Source: Oscillospiraceae bacterium (GTDB lineage Bacteria; Bacillota; Clostridia; Oscillospirales; Oscillospiraceae). Taken from it: a DNA stretch of 64,000 nt. The notes below the pieces were generated by a model, which was given only the letters and a program-made list of their open reading frames with translations, was not told the origin of the DNA and ran no database searches. Below, one piece after another: positions 31,350 through 41,196 of the stretch. The stretch's first letter is position 1; each line of letters starts with the position of its first letter. The DNA lies in the NCBI GenBank assembly GCA_020025345.1, contig JAHHSH010000001.1, forward strand, positions 21,555 to 85,554, read 5' to 3'. A program made the position numbers and the translations under genes.

Positions 31350-31949
31350 ATGGCTGGAACGATTCATGATGCAGAGAGTACCGCAATTCTGAAGACAATT
31401 CACGACGACGCAGCTGCCGCAGCTGAACAACTGGTGGAGGCCGCCAAGCTGCACAAGGGCCAGATCGTTGTGATCGGCTGCAGCAGCAGTGAGGCAGTTG
31501 GTCGATGTGTGGGCAGTTGGTCTACCCCGGAGGTGGGGCAGGCGATTTACGACGGACTCAACAGCGTTTTCGGTCCCAAGGGCATCTATATTGCCGCGCA
31601 GTGCTGCGAGCACTTGAACCGGGCGTTGATCGTGGAACACGAGGCTGTTCCCAACGCCGAAATCGTCAACGTAGTCCCTCAGCCCAAGGCTGGCGGCTCC
31701 TTTGCTACCGCTGCATATAACAATTTTAAACACCCCGTGGCACTGGAAGAGTTGCAGGCCGACGCAGGTCTGGATATTGGCGGCACACTGATTGGTATGC
31801 ACTTGAAGAAGGTCGCCGTCCCTGTTCGTCTGGAACAGGATCACATCGGTCAGGCTCTTTTGTTAGCCGCTCGTGTTCGCCCCAAGTTCATCGGCGGCGA
31901 GCGTGCCTACTACAATAACGCCTTGAAAGACGGCTATCCCGAATTCTAA
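31350..31949 (+). CDS. TIGR01440/YwlG (UPF0340) family protein
   Basis: GCSSSE, QCCEHLNRAL, AGGS, DIGGTLIGMH and RPKFIGGERA. Confidence 0.92.
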   Translation: MAGTIHDAESTAILKTIHDDAAAAAEQLVEAAKLHKGQIVVIGCSSSEAVGRCVGSWSTPEVGQAIYDGLNSVFGPKGIYIAAQCCEHLNRALIVEHEAVPNAEIVNVVPQPKAGGSFATAAYNNFKHPVALEELQADAGLDIGGTLIGMHLKKVAVPVRLEQDHIGQALLLAARVRPKFIGGERAYYNNALKDGYPEF

Positions 31950-32112
31950 ATCATTGATTCAAAAGGGGGCGCAGCAGCTTAAAGCTGTTGCGCCCCCTTT
32001 TTATTGCCCTACAGGACAGGGGCAGCCCCCTAAGCCTCTGCCCCTGTCCTGTTCATGGCCTTTTCCGCATACAGAGCACTTTTCCTGTAAAAAGTACTCC
32101 TTTAGATTATAT

Positions 32113-32430
32113 TTATCGATAGGAAATATCTATATCAAACCAAGTTTTCAAATAGTACCATAAAACCTCTGCGATCCCGATTACCGCGGCATATATAAGC
32201 AGCGCCCCAACGATCGTAAGCAGCGTCAGTTTCCACCGTCTTGCTATAACAGTAGAAATAATGGTTGCAATATATAAAGCGTAAACACCTTGGGCACCTA
32301 GGAAATGTAGATCAAAGGACTCTAAAACCAAGCCCTCAAAAGGAATCCAGAAAAACAGCAAACCTATCAGCAAATAGGATATCCGACAAAGCCAATTCGC
32401 ACCCTTCCATCTTTCGGTGATTTTTTTCAT
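32113..32430 (-). CDS. Small hypothetical membrane protein, AT-rich
   Basis: Three hydrophobic segments; AGGAGG RBS. Confidence 0.7.
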   Translation of the reverse strand: MKKITERWKGANWLCRISYLLIGLLFFWIPFEGLVLESFDLHFLGAQGVYALYIATIISTVIARRWKLTLLTIVGALLIYAAVIGIAEVLWYYLKTWFDIDISYR

Positions 32431-32828
32431 TGCCCCTCCTTTCTATGTTCTGCAGCAAACAGAACAGCGCCTTGTATTTTTCAACTTTTGGTAGGGACAA
32501 TATACCATAGCGAACCAACACCAATCAACTATTTATTGCTTAAAACCACGAATATTTTCATTCTATTCATATATGATTATCCGCAAGCTCACGCAAAACG
32601 GAAACTATTCAGGCTCTTTGATCTATGCTTTCTGCCCTAAACTTTCCTGTCCCTCCTACCTTTCCCGGGTAGGGTTCTCACTACAAAAGAGGTAAAAGAG
32701 TGTTTCTGGATGCGTCGTATTTCACAAGCTTTTCAACACCATCCATCTATTATAGTAACTCAGTCGCCCCCTCTGTTATCCACATATCCGACAAGCATAA
32801 GAGACATAACGAAGTTACACAAGCGCAA

Positions 32829-32861
32829 AAAAGGGCTGTCCCAAAATGGGACAGCCCTTTT
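32829..32861. terminator. Terminator or palindrome after etfA
   Basis: AAAAGGGCTGTCCCA-aaa-TGGGACAGCCCTTTT. Confidence 0.8.
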
Positions 32862-32881
32862 ATCATCTTAGCGATGATCCA

Positions 32882-33997
32882 TTACATAGCAGCCTTAGCA
32901 GCCTTAATGGACTCAATCAGCTGGGGAACAACCTTGAACAGGTCGCCGGTGATACCGTAATCAGCCACCTCAAAGATGGGAGCGGTAGCGTTCTTGTTCA
33001 CGGCAATGATGCACTCGGAATCCTGCATACCAGCCTTGTGCTGGATAGCACCGGAGATACCCAGAGCAATGTATACCTTGGGATGAACGGTCTTACCGGT
33101 CTGGCCAACCTGATGGTCAGCAGAGATCCAGCCAGCGTCAACGCAGGCACGGGAAGAACCAACAACGCCACCCAGAACATCAGCCAGCTCCTGAGCCAGG
33201 GCAATACCCTTCTCAACATCCTTGCTGATACCACGGCCGACGGAAACGATGAAGTCAGCACCGATCAGGTCAACCATCTTCTTGGCAGCCTTGACGATCT
33301 CGACAACCTCGGTCTTCACATCCTCAGCGGTCAGAGTGAACTCGGGATGCAGAATCTCAACACTCTCAGCCTTAGCAGCATCGAAGTCGCGCTTCTTCAT
33401 AACACCGGGACGAACGGTAGCCATAGCAGGACGGAAACGGGGGCAAACGATGGTAGCCATCAGGTGACCGCCGAAAGCAGGACGGGTCATCTTCAGGTTG
33501 GTGTTCACATCGAACAGCTTGCTCTCGAAGTTCATGTTGTCGACGTCCATAGCGGAACCGGTACGCAGGAAGTTCTTGTAGCCTTCCAGGTCGATGTCCA
33601 GGTGAGTGCAGTCAGCGCACAGACCGGTGTGCAGACGACCAGCGCAACGGGGAGCCAGGTCACGGCCGATGTTGGAAGCACCAAACAGCAGGACCTCAGG
33701 CTTAATCTCCTCAACAGCATCAACGATCACCTTGGTGTAGGCGTCGGTGGTGTAGTCCTTCAGCAGGGGGCTGTTGTATACGTACACCTTATCAGCGCCG
33801 TAGCCACCCAGCTCCTTAGCGATACCGTCAACGTTATCGCCCAGCAGAATACCGCAGAGCTGAACGCCCAGCTCGTCGGCCAGCTTGCGGCCCTCGGAGA
33901 TCAGTTCAAAAGTAGTGGGCATCATCTCGCCCTGACGCTGCTCACAGAAAACCCAAACGTTTTTGAAGGCAGCGATATCAGCACTATTAAAAGCCAT
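32882..33997 (-). CDS. etfA: Electron transfer flavoprotein alpha subunit
   Basis: GLCADCT, MTRPAFGG, QVGQTGKTV and GISGAIQHKAGM. Confidence 0.97.
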   Translation of the reverse strand: MAFNSADIAAFKNVWVFCEQRQGEMMPTTFELISEGRKLADELGVQLCGILLGDNVDGIAKELGGYGADKVYVYNSPLLKDYTTDAYTKVIVDAVEEIKPEVLLFGASNIGRDLAPRCAGRLHTGLCADCTHLDIDLEGYKNFLRTGSAMDVDNMNFESKLFDVNTNLKMTRPAFGGHLMATIVCPRFRPAMATVRPGVMKKRDFDAAKAESVEILHPEFTLTAEDVKTEVVEIVKAAKKMVDLIGADFIVSVGRGISKDVEKGIALAQELADVLGGVVGSSRACVDAGWISADHQVGQTGKTVHPKVYIALGISGAIQHKAGMQDSECIIAVNKNATAPIFEVADYGITGDLFKVVPQLIESIKAAKAAM

Positions 33998-34016
33998 AAT
34001 TCGTAACTCCTTTCAA

Positions 34017-34817
34017 TCAGATGATGTGCTTGGCAGCCAGGATGCCGGCCAGCTTGTCGGTTGTTTCCTTGCCGTCGCCTTCCAGCATCATGCCAACACC
34101 CTTCTGAGGAGGAGTGAAAGACTTATAAATGTTGGTGGGAGAACCCTTCAGGCCGATGGTGGTGGCATCGATCAGAGCATGATCCTTCAGTGCGGGGTAG
34201 TCCATGATGGTCAGGGGCTTGGAATAAGCATCGAAAGCACCGCCAACGGACAGATAACGAGGAGTGTTCAGCTCCTTGATGCAGGTAATCATGCAGGGGG
34301 TCTGGACCTTCACGGTCATGTAACCATCTTCCAGCATACGCTTGACGGTCAGGGTATTGCCTTCCATCTTGATCTCGCCAGCATAGGAGACCTGAGGCAG
34401 GTGCAGCTTCTCAGCGATCTGAGGACCAACCTGTGCGGTATCACCATCGATAGCCTGACGGCCAGCCAGAATCAGATCGTCGTCCTCAACACCGTAGGTG
34501 TCGATAGCAGCAGCCAGAATCTGGGAAGTAGCATAAGTATCGGAACCGCCGAACTCACGAGCGGTAACCAGAACGCCTTCGTCCACGCCCATAGCCATCA
34601 GCTCACGCAGCATGCCCTCTGCAGGAGGGGGGCCCATGGTGAAAGCTACGACCTTGCAGCCCAGCTCATCCTTCAGTGCCAGAGCGGCCTCAACGGCGTT
34701 CAGGTCATCGGGGTTGATGATGGTCTGCATGGAAGCACGATCCAGAGTACCATCGGGGTTCACGGCCACCTTTCCGGAGGTATCGGGAACCTGCTTAACA
34801 GTAACTAAAATTTTCAT
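34017..34817 (-). CDS. etfB: Electron transfer flavoprotein beta subunit
   Basis: VKQVPDT and GRQAIDGDTAQVGPQ. Confidence 0.97.
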   Translation of the reverse strand: MKILVTVKQVPDTSGKVAVNPDGTLDRASMQTIINPDDLNAVEAALALKDELGCKVVAFTMGPPPAEGMLRELMAMGVDEGVLVTAREFGGSDTYATSQILAAAIDTYGVEDDDLILAGRQAIDGDTAQVGPQIAEKLHLPQVSYAGEIKMEGNTLTVKRMLEDGYMTVKVQTPCMITCIKELNTPRYLSVGGAFDAYSKPLTIMDYPALKDHALIDATTIGLKGSPTNIYKSFTPPQKGVGMMLEGDGKETTDKLAGILAAKHII

Positions 34818-34837
34818 TTTACCTTTTACCTCCTCAA

Positions 34838-35980
34838 TTACTTAACACCCAAGTGGCTGGAAATGACCATACGCTGTACCTCAGAAGTACCCTCATAGAT
34901 CTCGGTGATCTTAGCGTCGCGCATCATGCGCTCCACGGGATACTCACGGGTATAGCCGTAACCGCCGAACAGCTGTACGGCGCGACGAGTCACATCGGAA
35001 GCAGCTTCGGCAGCAAACAGCTTAGCCATAGCAGCGTCCATGCTGTAGGGCTCGTGGTTCTGCTTCTTCATAGCAGCAGAGTAGACCAGGAACTGAGCAG
35101 CCTGCATGCGGGTATGCATGTCAGCCAGCTGGAACTGAGTGTTCTGGAACTGAGACAGTCTTCTCTTGAACTGTACGCGCTCCTTGGTATACTTGATAGC
35201 CTCTTCAACAGCGCCCTCGCCCAGGCCCAGAGCCTGAGAAGCGATACCGATACGGCCGCCGTCCAGAGTCTGCATAGCGATCTTGAAGCCCTTGCCTTCC
35301 TTACCCAGCAGGTTCTCCTTAGGAACGATGCAGTCCTCGAAGATCAGGTCGCAGGTAGAGCTGCCGCGGATACCCATCTTCTTCTCGTGCTTGCCCTGAG
35401 AGAAGCCGGGGAAGTCCTTCTCCACGATGAAAGCGGAGATACCATGGTTGCCCTTGGAAGGATCAGTCATAGCGAAGACCACGAAGGTATCAGCAACGTT
35501 ACCGTTGGTGATGAAGCACTTGGAACCGTTCAGAACGTAGTGGTCACCCTCCAGAACAGCAGTGGTCTGCTGACCGGAAGCATCGGTACCAGCGTTGGGC
35601 TCGGTCAGACCGAAAGCACCGATCTTCTTACCGGAGCACAGGTCGGGCAGATACTTTTTCTTCTGCTCCTCGGTACCATGCTCAAAGATAGGAGCGCAGC
35701 ACAGGGAGGTATGTGCAGAAACGATAACAGCCGTCGTACCGCAAACCTTGGCCAGCTCTTCCACGCACATAGCATAGGACAGAACATCGCCGCCGGCTCC
35801 GCCGTACTCCTTGGGGAAGTAAATACCCATCATGCCCAGCTTTGCCATCTTCTCGACGGTCTCCATGGGGAAACGCTCTTCCTCATCGATTTCAGCGGCC
35901 AGGGGCTTTACTTCGTTCTCTGCGAATTCGCGATACATCTTGCGAACGAGCAGCTGTTCCTTAGTCAGATGGAAATCCAT
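34838..35980 (-). CDS. bcd: Butyryl-CoA dehydrogenase
   Basis: FGLTEPNAGTDA, GSKCFITN and IYEGTSEVQ; operon context. Confidence 0.95.
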   Translation of the reverse strand: MDFHLTKEQLLVRKMYREFAENEVKPLAAEIDEEERFPMETVEKMAKLGMMGIYFPKEYGGAGGDVLSYAMCVEELAKVCGTTAVIVSAHTSLCCAPIFEHGTEEQKKKYLPDLCSGKKIGAFGLTEPNAGTDASGQQTTAVLEGDHYVLNGSKCFITNGNVADTFVVFAMTDPSKGNHGISAFIVEKDFPGFSQGKHEKKMGIRGSSTCDLIFEDCIVPKENLLGKEGKGFKIAMQTLDGGRIGIASQALGLGEGAVEEAIKYTKERVQFKRRLSQFQNTQFQLADMHTRMQAAQFLVYSAAMKKQNHEPYSMDAAMAKLFAAEAASDVTRRAVQLFGGYGYTREYPVERMMRDAKITEIYEGTSEVQRMVISSHLGVK

Positions 35981-36001
35981 ACTCTTTTCTCCTTTTCCGA
36001 A

Positions 36002-36838
36002 TTACTTTTTGTAGTTGAAGAAGCCCTCGCCGCTCTTGATACCGAGCTTGCCGGCGCGAACCATCTTCCGAATCAGTACGTTTGCACGATACTTGCTGTC
36101 GTGGGTCTCATTGTACAGGACATCCATGATGTTCAGCACGATATCCCAGCCGATCAGATCGCCCAGGTGCAGGGGGCCCATGGGGTGGTTAGCACCCAGC
36201 TGCATAGCAATATCGATATCTTCTGCGGAAGCAACGCCTTCCTGCAGAACGCAAACGCCTTCGTTGCAGTAGGGAATCAGGATCTTATTGACAACGAAGC
36301 CGGGAGCCTCATTGACAATAACAGGAGTCTTACCGATCTCAATAGACAGGTTCTTGATGGTCTCCACCAGGGAGGCAGGAGTGTTAGCACCAGCAATGAC
36401 CTCGACCAACTTCATAGCGGGCACGGGGTTAAAGAAGTGCATACCAACCAACTCATGCTTCAGGCCGGAAGCCATCTCAGTGATGGACAGGGAAGAAGTG
36501 TTGGTAGCAAAGATGGTGCTCTCCTTGCAGATAGCATCCAGCTTGCCCAGGATGTCCTTCTTGGTAGCCATGTTCTCAGCAACGCACTCGATGACCAGAT
36601 CGGCATCGGCAGCAGCCTCAAACTCCTCTACCACGACGCGGCTCATCAGATCATCAGCAGCTTCCTGAGTCATCTTGCCCTTAGCAACTCTCTTTGCCAA
36701 GGAAGCAGCCAGCTTATCGCGATGACGCTGTGCGCTAGCAACGCTGGACGCATACATCATGGCCACATGGCCCTTGGACGCGAATACCTGTGCAATACCA
36801 CTGCCCATTGTACCGGCACCAAAAATTGCAACTTTCAT
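36002..36838 (-). CDS. hbd: 3-hydroxybutyryl-CoA dehydrogenase
   Basis: GAGTMGSG, TNTSSLS, GMHFFNP and HPMGPL. Confidence 0.96.
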   Translation of the reverse strand: MKVAIFGAGTMGSGIAQVFASKGHVAMMYASSVASAQRHRDKLAASLAKRVAKGKMTQEAADDLMSRVVVEEFEAAADADLVIECVAENMATKKDILGKLDAICKESTIFATNTSSLSITEMASGLKHELVGMHFFNPVPAMKLVEVIAGANTPASLVETIKNLSIEIGKTPVIVNEAPGFVVNKILIPYCNEGVCVLQEGVASAEDIDIAMQLGANHPMGPLHLGDLIGWDIVLNIMDVLYNETHDSKYRANVLIRKMVRAGKLGIKSGEGFFNYKK

Positions 36839-36915
36839 GATTCGTTCCTCCTACATAAAATTTAAAATACACTTTAATCATCAGGCCGGAGGGGCCTGTT
36901 AATTAACAAAAAGGA

Positions 36916-37695
36916 TTACTTGTTCTGATAGGGCTCATGCTTGCGCTTCTCCAGGAATGCGCTCATGCCCTCTTTCTGATCAGCGGTCTCGAAGCAGCTG
37001 CCGAACAGCTTCTCCTCCACAACAATTGCCTGATCCATATCTACCTGCAGGCCGTCGTTGATAGCCTTCTTGCAGGCGCGAACAGCGATCGGTGCGTTCT
37101 TGGCGATGGTGGTGGCCATCTTCTCCGCAGCAGCCATCAGCTCTTCCACGGGATAGATCGCGTTGACCAGACCAATTCGCAGGGCCTCATCGGCCTTGAT
37201 ATTTTTAGCGGTGTAGATCATCTGCTTGGCCATACCAGGGCCTACCAGACGAGCCAGACGCTGGGTGCCGCCGAAACCGGGAGTAATGCCCAAACCGGCC
37301 TCCGGCTGGCCAAACACTGCGCTGTCAGCACACAGGCGGATGTCACAGCTCATAGCCAGCTCGCAGCCGCCGCCCAGAGCAAAGCCGTTCACAGCGGCGA
37401 TGGTGGGGATCGGCAGAGTCTCCAGCTTGCGGAACACATCATTGCCCTTCTTACCGAAGCTCTCGCCCTCAGCCTTCGTCAGGCTGCTCATTTCACCGAT
37501 GTCAGCACCGGCCACGAAAGCCTTCTCACCTGCACCGGTCAGCACCAGAGCATAAATCTCCTCGTCGGCCTTTACCTGCTCCACCAGCTCGTTCAGATCC
37601 TCCAGCACTTGAGAATTCAAGGCATTGAGAGCCTTAGGACGGTTGATGGTTGCCACTGCAATGTGGCCCTTCTTTTCCAGCAAAACATTCGTCAC
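36916..37695 (-). CDS. crt: Crotonase (3-hydroxybutyryl-CoA dehydratase)
   Basis: NRPKALNAL, AGADI, ALGGGCE and PGFGGTQRL; GTG start after AGGAGG. Confidence 0.95.
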   Translation of the reverse strand: MTNVLLEKKGHIAVATINRPKALNALNSQVLEDLNELVEQVKADEEIYALVLTGAGEKAFVAGADIGEMSSLTKAEGESFGKKGNDVFRKLETLPIPTIAAVNGFALGGGCELAMSCDIRLCADSAVFGQPEAGLGITPGFGGTQRLARLVGPGMAKQMIYTAKNIKADEALRIGLVNAIYPVEELMAAAEKMATTIAKNAPIAVRACKKAINDGLQVDMDQAIVVEEKLFGSCFETADQKEGMSAFLEKRKHEPYQNK

Positions 37696-37809
37696 GTTGG
37701 GTTTCCTCCTTCTCATTTAAGCCGTGCGTACACGGTGCAGCGTGCGCCGTGGCGCGCTTATTGGAGAGGTTGCTGTACTTCCAGCATATTTCCCCTTCAT
37801 ACATTATGC

Positions 37810-37838
37810 ATTATAGTATATCGTCTAAAATTTATCAA
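37810..37838 (-). promoter_or_regulatory. SigA promoter of the crt operon
   Basis: TTGATA-N17-TATAAT. Confidence 0.75.
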
Positions 37839-38052
37839 GCCCCACCGCCGCTCTTTTTCCTTTTTAGCACTATGTACAAAACCAGTCCTTCATCTTTAGT
37901 ATTTTTAACCTCTTGCTTTTCTGTTTTACCTCCCCCCTTTTTACGTCAGAACTGCATTTCGAGAAAAAACCGTTTACATCACCCCATATTTTGTGGTATA
38001 AAGGAAATTGAAATTTTACAGCCAAAGGCTGTTTCAGGAGGATGTACCCACC

Positions 38053-38739
38053 ATGCGCATGAGAAAGAAAAAGAACCTGCAACCCAGAATGGAGGCCTGC
38101 CGCACACTTTGGATCACGGATCCTTTTGAACATAAGGGCCGCTGGCGTGAGCTGTTTCCCCAGGCCCGTGAGATTCGGGTAGAAGTAGGCTGCGGCAAGG
38201 GCCGCTTCACTGCCGAAACAGCTGCCGCTGAACCCGACGTACTGCTGATCGCTGTAGAGAAAGTACCGGACGCTATGGTCGTCGCCATGGAGCGATGCCG
38301 CGATGCAGGGCTTAAAAACGTATTCTTCGTAGACGGTGATGCCGCCACGCTGCCAGAGATGTTTGGCAGCGGCGAGATCGACCGCATCTATATCAACTTT
38401 TGTGATCCGTGGCCCAAGAGCAACCAGGCCAAACGCCGTCTGACCCACGGTAATTTCCTGAAAATTTATCGTCAGGTGTTAAAGATGGGTGGAGAGATTC
38501 ACTTCAAGAGCGACAACGACAAGCTGTTCGCCTTCTCCGTAGAGGAGATCCCCCAGTTCGGCTTTGCTCTTTCAGAGGTGACCACAGATCTTCACTCTAA
38601 CGGTCCCGTCGGTGTCATGACCGACTACGAGGCCAAGTTCTATGCCGAGGGCAAGAACATCAACCGCTGCGTTGCCACGATGGTTCCTTGGGAGGCCCCG
38701 GCGGCAACAGCTGAAGAAGCTGCAACAGACGAGCAATAA
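38053..38739 (+). CDS. trmB: tRNA (guanine-N7)-methyltransferase TrmB
   Basis: EVGCGKG, NFCDPWPK and MTDYEAKF. Confidence 0.96.
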   Translation: MRMRKKKNLQPRMEACRTLWITDPFEHKGRWRELFPQAREIRVEVGCGKGRFTAETAAAEPDVLLIAVEKVPDAMVVAMERCRDAGLKNVFFVDGDAATLPEMFGSGEIDRIYINFCDPWPKSNQAKRRLTHGNFLKIYRQVLKMGGEIHFKSDNDKLFAFSVEEIPQFGFALSEVTTDLHSNGPVGVMTDYEAKFYAEGKNINRCVATMVPWEAPAATAEEAATDEQ

Positions 38740-38835
38740 TTCCCCAAAACTCGCGCCTTTGTTTTCCGCAGCCAAGGAAAACTTTTGCACAGAAAAAAGC
38801 CCTGCCGGAGTACATCCCGGCAGGGCTTCTCTGTT

Positions 38836-38904
38836 ATCTTTCACCGTGATTTTCTGATCGGCAGCCAGCGTGTATCCGTCCGGTGCGGTGGTCTGATGCA
38901 GCAT
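38836..38904 (-). pseudogene. Remnant resembling a SpaA/CnaB-type pilin-related domain
   Basis: Short stretch MLHQTTAPDGYTLAADQKITVKD resembles the E-box ExxAPxGY motif; no intact gene. Confidence 0.4.
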
Positions 38905-39162
38905 AGTCGTAAATGTTGAGCAGGCTGTCAGTGGAGCCACCGCCTGCCGACTGGGAAAAGTCATCGATATTCGCAAACCTGCGAGAGAAACGGGGTCTGT
39001 AGTCACCCTTTTTAAGGGGAAAATAAGAAATCCGAGATTGGTTTTATCAAACCTTTCTCGGATTTCTTTCTTGCCGCCTTGTATCACCTGATTAAAAAGT
39101 TTTTAGCATTTCCTGCATCACTTTCTTATCCGGCATACGCAAACGGTTACACCTGCATTTTA

Positions 39163-40629
39163 TTAGTCTTTCTTTTCCACAAACTGATCGGCCGGGGCGT
39201 TGCACAGCGGGCAACGGAAGTCCGCCGGAACAGATTCGCCCTCATAGATGAAGCCGCACAGTGAGCAGACAAACTTTTTAGGCTCCGTCTTCTCATCAAA
39301 GTAGCTGGCATCTGCACCGCACAGGGGGCACTTATAGTCTTCAGGCAGTGCATCTCCCTCGTACACATAGCCACAGATCCGGCACACATAGCGCTTTTGC
39401 GGCTTGCCAGAAGCAGCCTCCGCGTGGCGCTCACGCTTCATATCCTCCACAATGAGGCCGGCCAGCCGCTCCAGCATCGGCTCCTGATGGGCCTTAAGCG
39501 CAGAGCGGATCGAGAGTGGATCTGCCAGCTCCTTCCAGCCCAGCGGCTCCAGAATCTTCTTCATGCCGCGGCCGGAAGTGGGTGCCCAAGAGCCGTTTTC
39601 AATCAGCAGATAGCTGCGATTCTGCAGGCCGTGAGCCACCAGATCATGAAGCAACTGCTCCATGGTCACAAACACACCGGAATTATATGTAGTCGCTGCA
39701 AAAACAAGATGACTTGCCTTGAATGCTGCGGACACGATATAGGAAGCCGGTGTCACAGAGGTATCAAACATCTTCACCCGCACACCCTGCTCTGCCAAAC
39801 GGCAGGCCAGAATATTGGCTGTGTTCTCCGTGTGACCATAGACGGAGGCATAGGCGATGACCACGCTCTTTTCCTCCGGTTCCCAGCGGCTCCACAGATC
39901 GTATTTCTCGAGAATCCAGCCCAGATCCTTGCGCCAGACAAAGCCGTGGAGAGGCAACAGCATCTCGATCTGCAGCTTGGCAGCCTTCTTCAATACCGCC
40001 TGCACCTGCTTGCCGTACTTACCCACAATATTGCTGTAGTAGCGGCGTGCCTCGTCCAGATAATCCCGCTCAAAATTCACCTCGTCGGCAAAAAGCTGGC
40101 CATTGATAGCGCCGAAGCAGCCAAAGGCATCCGCCGTCATCAGCAGACGATCCGTCCGGTCATAGGTCATCATGACCTCGGGCCAGTGAACCATGGGTGC
40201 CTCGATGAATTCCAGTGTATGCCGACCGGTGCAGAGAGTATCCCCCTCCTTCACGGTGGTGATGTTCTTTCCGGCAGCAGTATCAAAGAACTGACCCAGC
40301 ATCGTGGCAGCCTTAGCCGTACACAGCACCTGCAGATGCGGGAAACGCAGCAGCAGTTCCTCCACCAGTGCCGTATGGTCCGGCTCCAGATGTTGAACAA
40401 TGAGATAGTCCAGCTCCCGGCCATCCAGCTCATGAAGCAGGTTCTGCCGGAATGTCTCGACAACAGCACTGTCCGCGGTATCAAAGAGCACCGTCTTTTC
40501 GTCCTTCAAGAGATAGCTGTTGAAGGAGATGCCGTCCGGCACGCCGAATACGCCTTCAAACATGGCAAGACGTCGTGCGTCAGCTCCCACCCACGTATAA
40601 TCGTCATTAATCTTCCTCGTACAATACAT
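39163..40629 (-). CDS. Flavodiiron protein (FprA-type) with two C-terminal rubredoxin-like domains
   Basis: HLEPDH, HWPE, DAFG and PLHG iron ligands; flavodoxin YASVYGHT; CRICGY...CPLC and CSLCGF...CPLC. Confidence 0.93.
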   Translation of the reverse strand: MYCTRKINDDYTWVGADARRLAMFEGVFGVPDGISFNSYLLKDEKTVLFDTADSAVVETFRQNLLHELDGRELDYLIVQHLEPDHTALVEELLLRFPHLQVLCTAKAATMLGQFFDTAAGKNITTVKEGDTLCTGRHTLEFIEAPMVHWPEVMMTYDRTDRLLMTADAFGCFGAINGQLFADEVNFERDYLDEARRYYSNIVGKYGKQVQAVLKKAAKLQIEMLLPLHGFVWRKDLGWILEKYDLWSRWEPEEKSVVIAYASVYGHTENTANILACRLAEQGVRVKMFDTSVTPASYIVSAAFKASHLVFAATTYNSGVFVTMEQLLHDLVAHGLQNRSYLLIENGSWAPTSGRGMKKILEPLGWKELADPLSIRSALKAHQEPMLERLAGLIVEDMKRERHAEAASGKPQKRYVCRICGYVYEGDALPEDYKCPLCGADASYFDEKTEPKKFVCSLCGFIYEGESVPADFRCPLCNAPADQFVEKKD

Positions 40630-40811
40630 TGCATTCCCTCCATATTCTCTCAGTTTTTCGTAGTAAAAGTTTTCGTTTATTCTTTAACATTTTTATTGTA
40701 GCATAAAGCAAACAAAAAAACACGTCGCAAATGCAACATTTTTGAAATTTTAAAGAAAAACACGCCCCGAAGCAATGCTTCAAGGCGTGTTTGCTTTTTA
40801 AGTTCAGAAAC

Positions 40812-41162
40812 TTAGGCCTTCTTGGCGATCTCGCACAGAGCGGTGAAAGCCACAGCGTCGTTGATTGCCATCTCAGAGAGCATCTTGCGGTTGATCTGGA
40901 TACCGGCAACCTTCAGACCGTGCATGAAGGTGGAATAGTTCATGCCGTTCAGCTTGCAAGCAGCGCTGATACGGGTGATCCACAGCTGACGGAAGTCTCT
41001 CTTCTTCAGACGGCGGCTCACATAAGCGTAGGTCAGGGACTTCATGACCTGCTCGTTAGCCATCTTAAAGTGCTTGGACTTAGCGCCCCAATAGCCCTTA
41101 GCCAGCTTCAGCGTCTTATTTCTTCTTTTACGCGCCATCATAGCGCCTTTAACTCTTGCCAT
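40812..41162 (-). CDS. rplT: 50S ribosomal protein L20
   Basis: MARVKG...AKGY...RQLWITRI. Confidence 0.99.
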   Translation of the reverse strand: MARVKGAMMARKRRNKTLKLAKGYWGAKSKHFKMANEQVMKSLTYAYVSRRLKKRDFRQLWITRISAACKLNGMNYSTFMHGLKVAGIQINRKMLSEMAINDAVAFTALCEIAKKA

Positions 41163-41196
41163 TTCTTATTGCCTCCTATTCTAACGAAATCGTATC

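Noticed and set aside
32776..32784. Perfect DnaA box TTATCCACA
   Set aside because: Single copy with no box cluster or dnaA context
34853..36865. 670-aa plus-strand ORF and similar long antisense ORFs over the etf and kam genes
   Set aside because: Mirror frames of highly biased genes; no recognisable domains
40650..40685. Fur/PerR box upstream of the flavodiiron gene
   Set aside because: Match too weak in an AT-rich promoter to support
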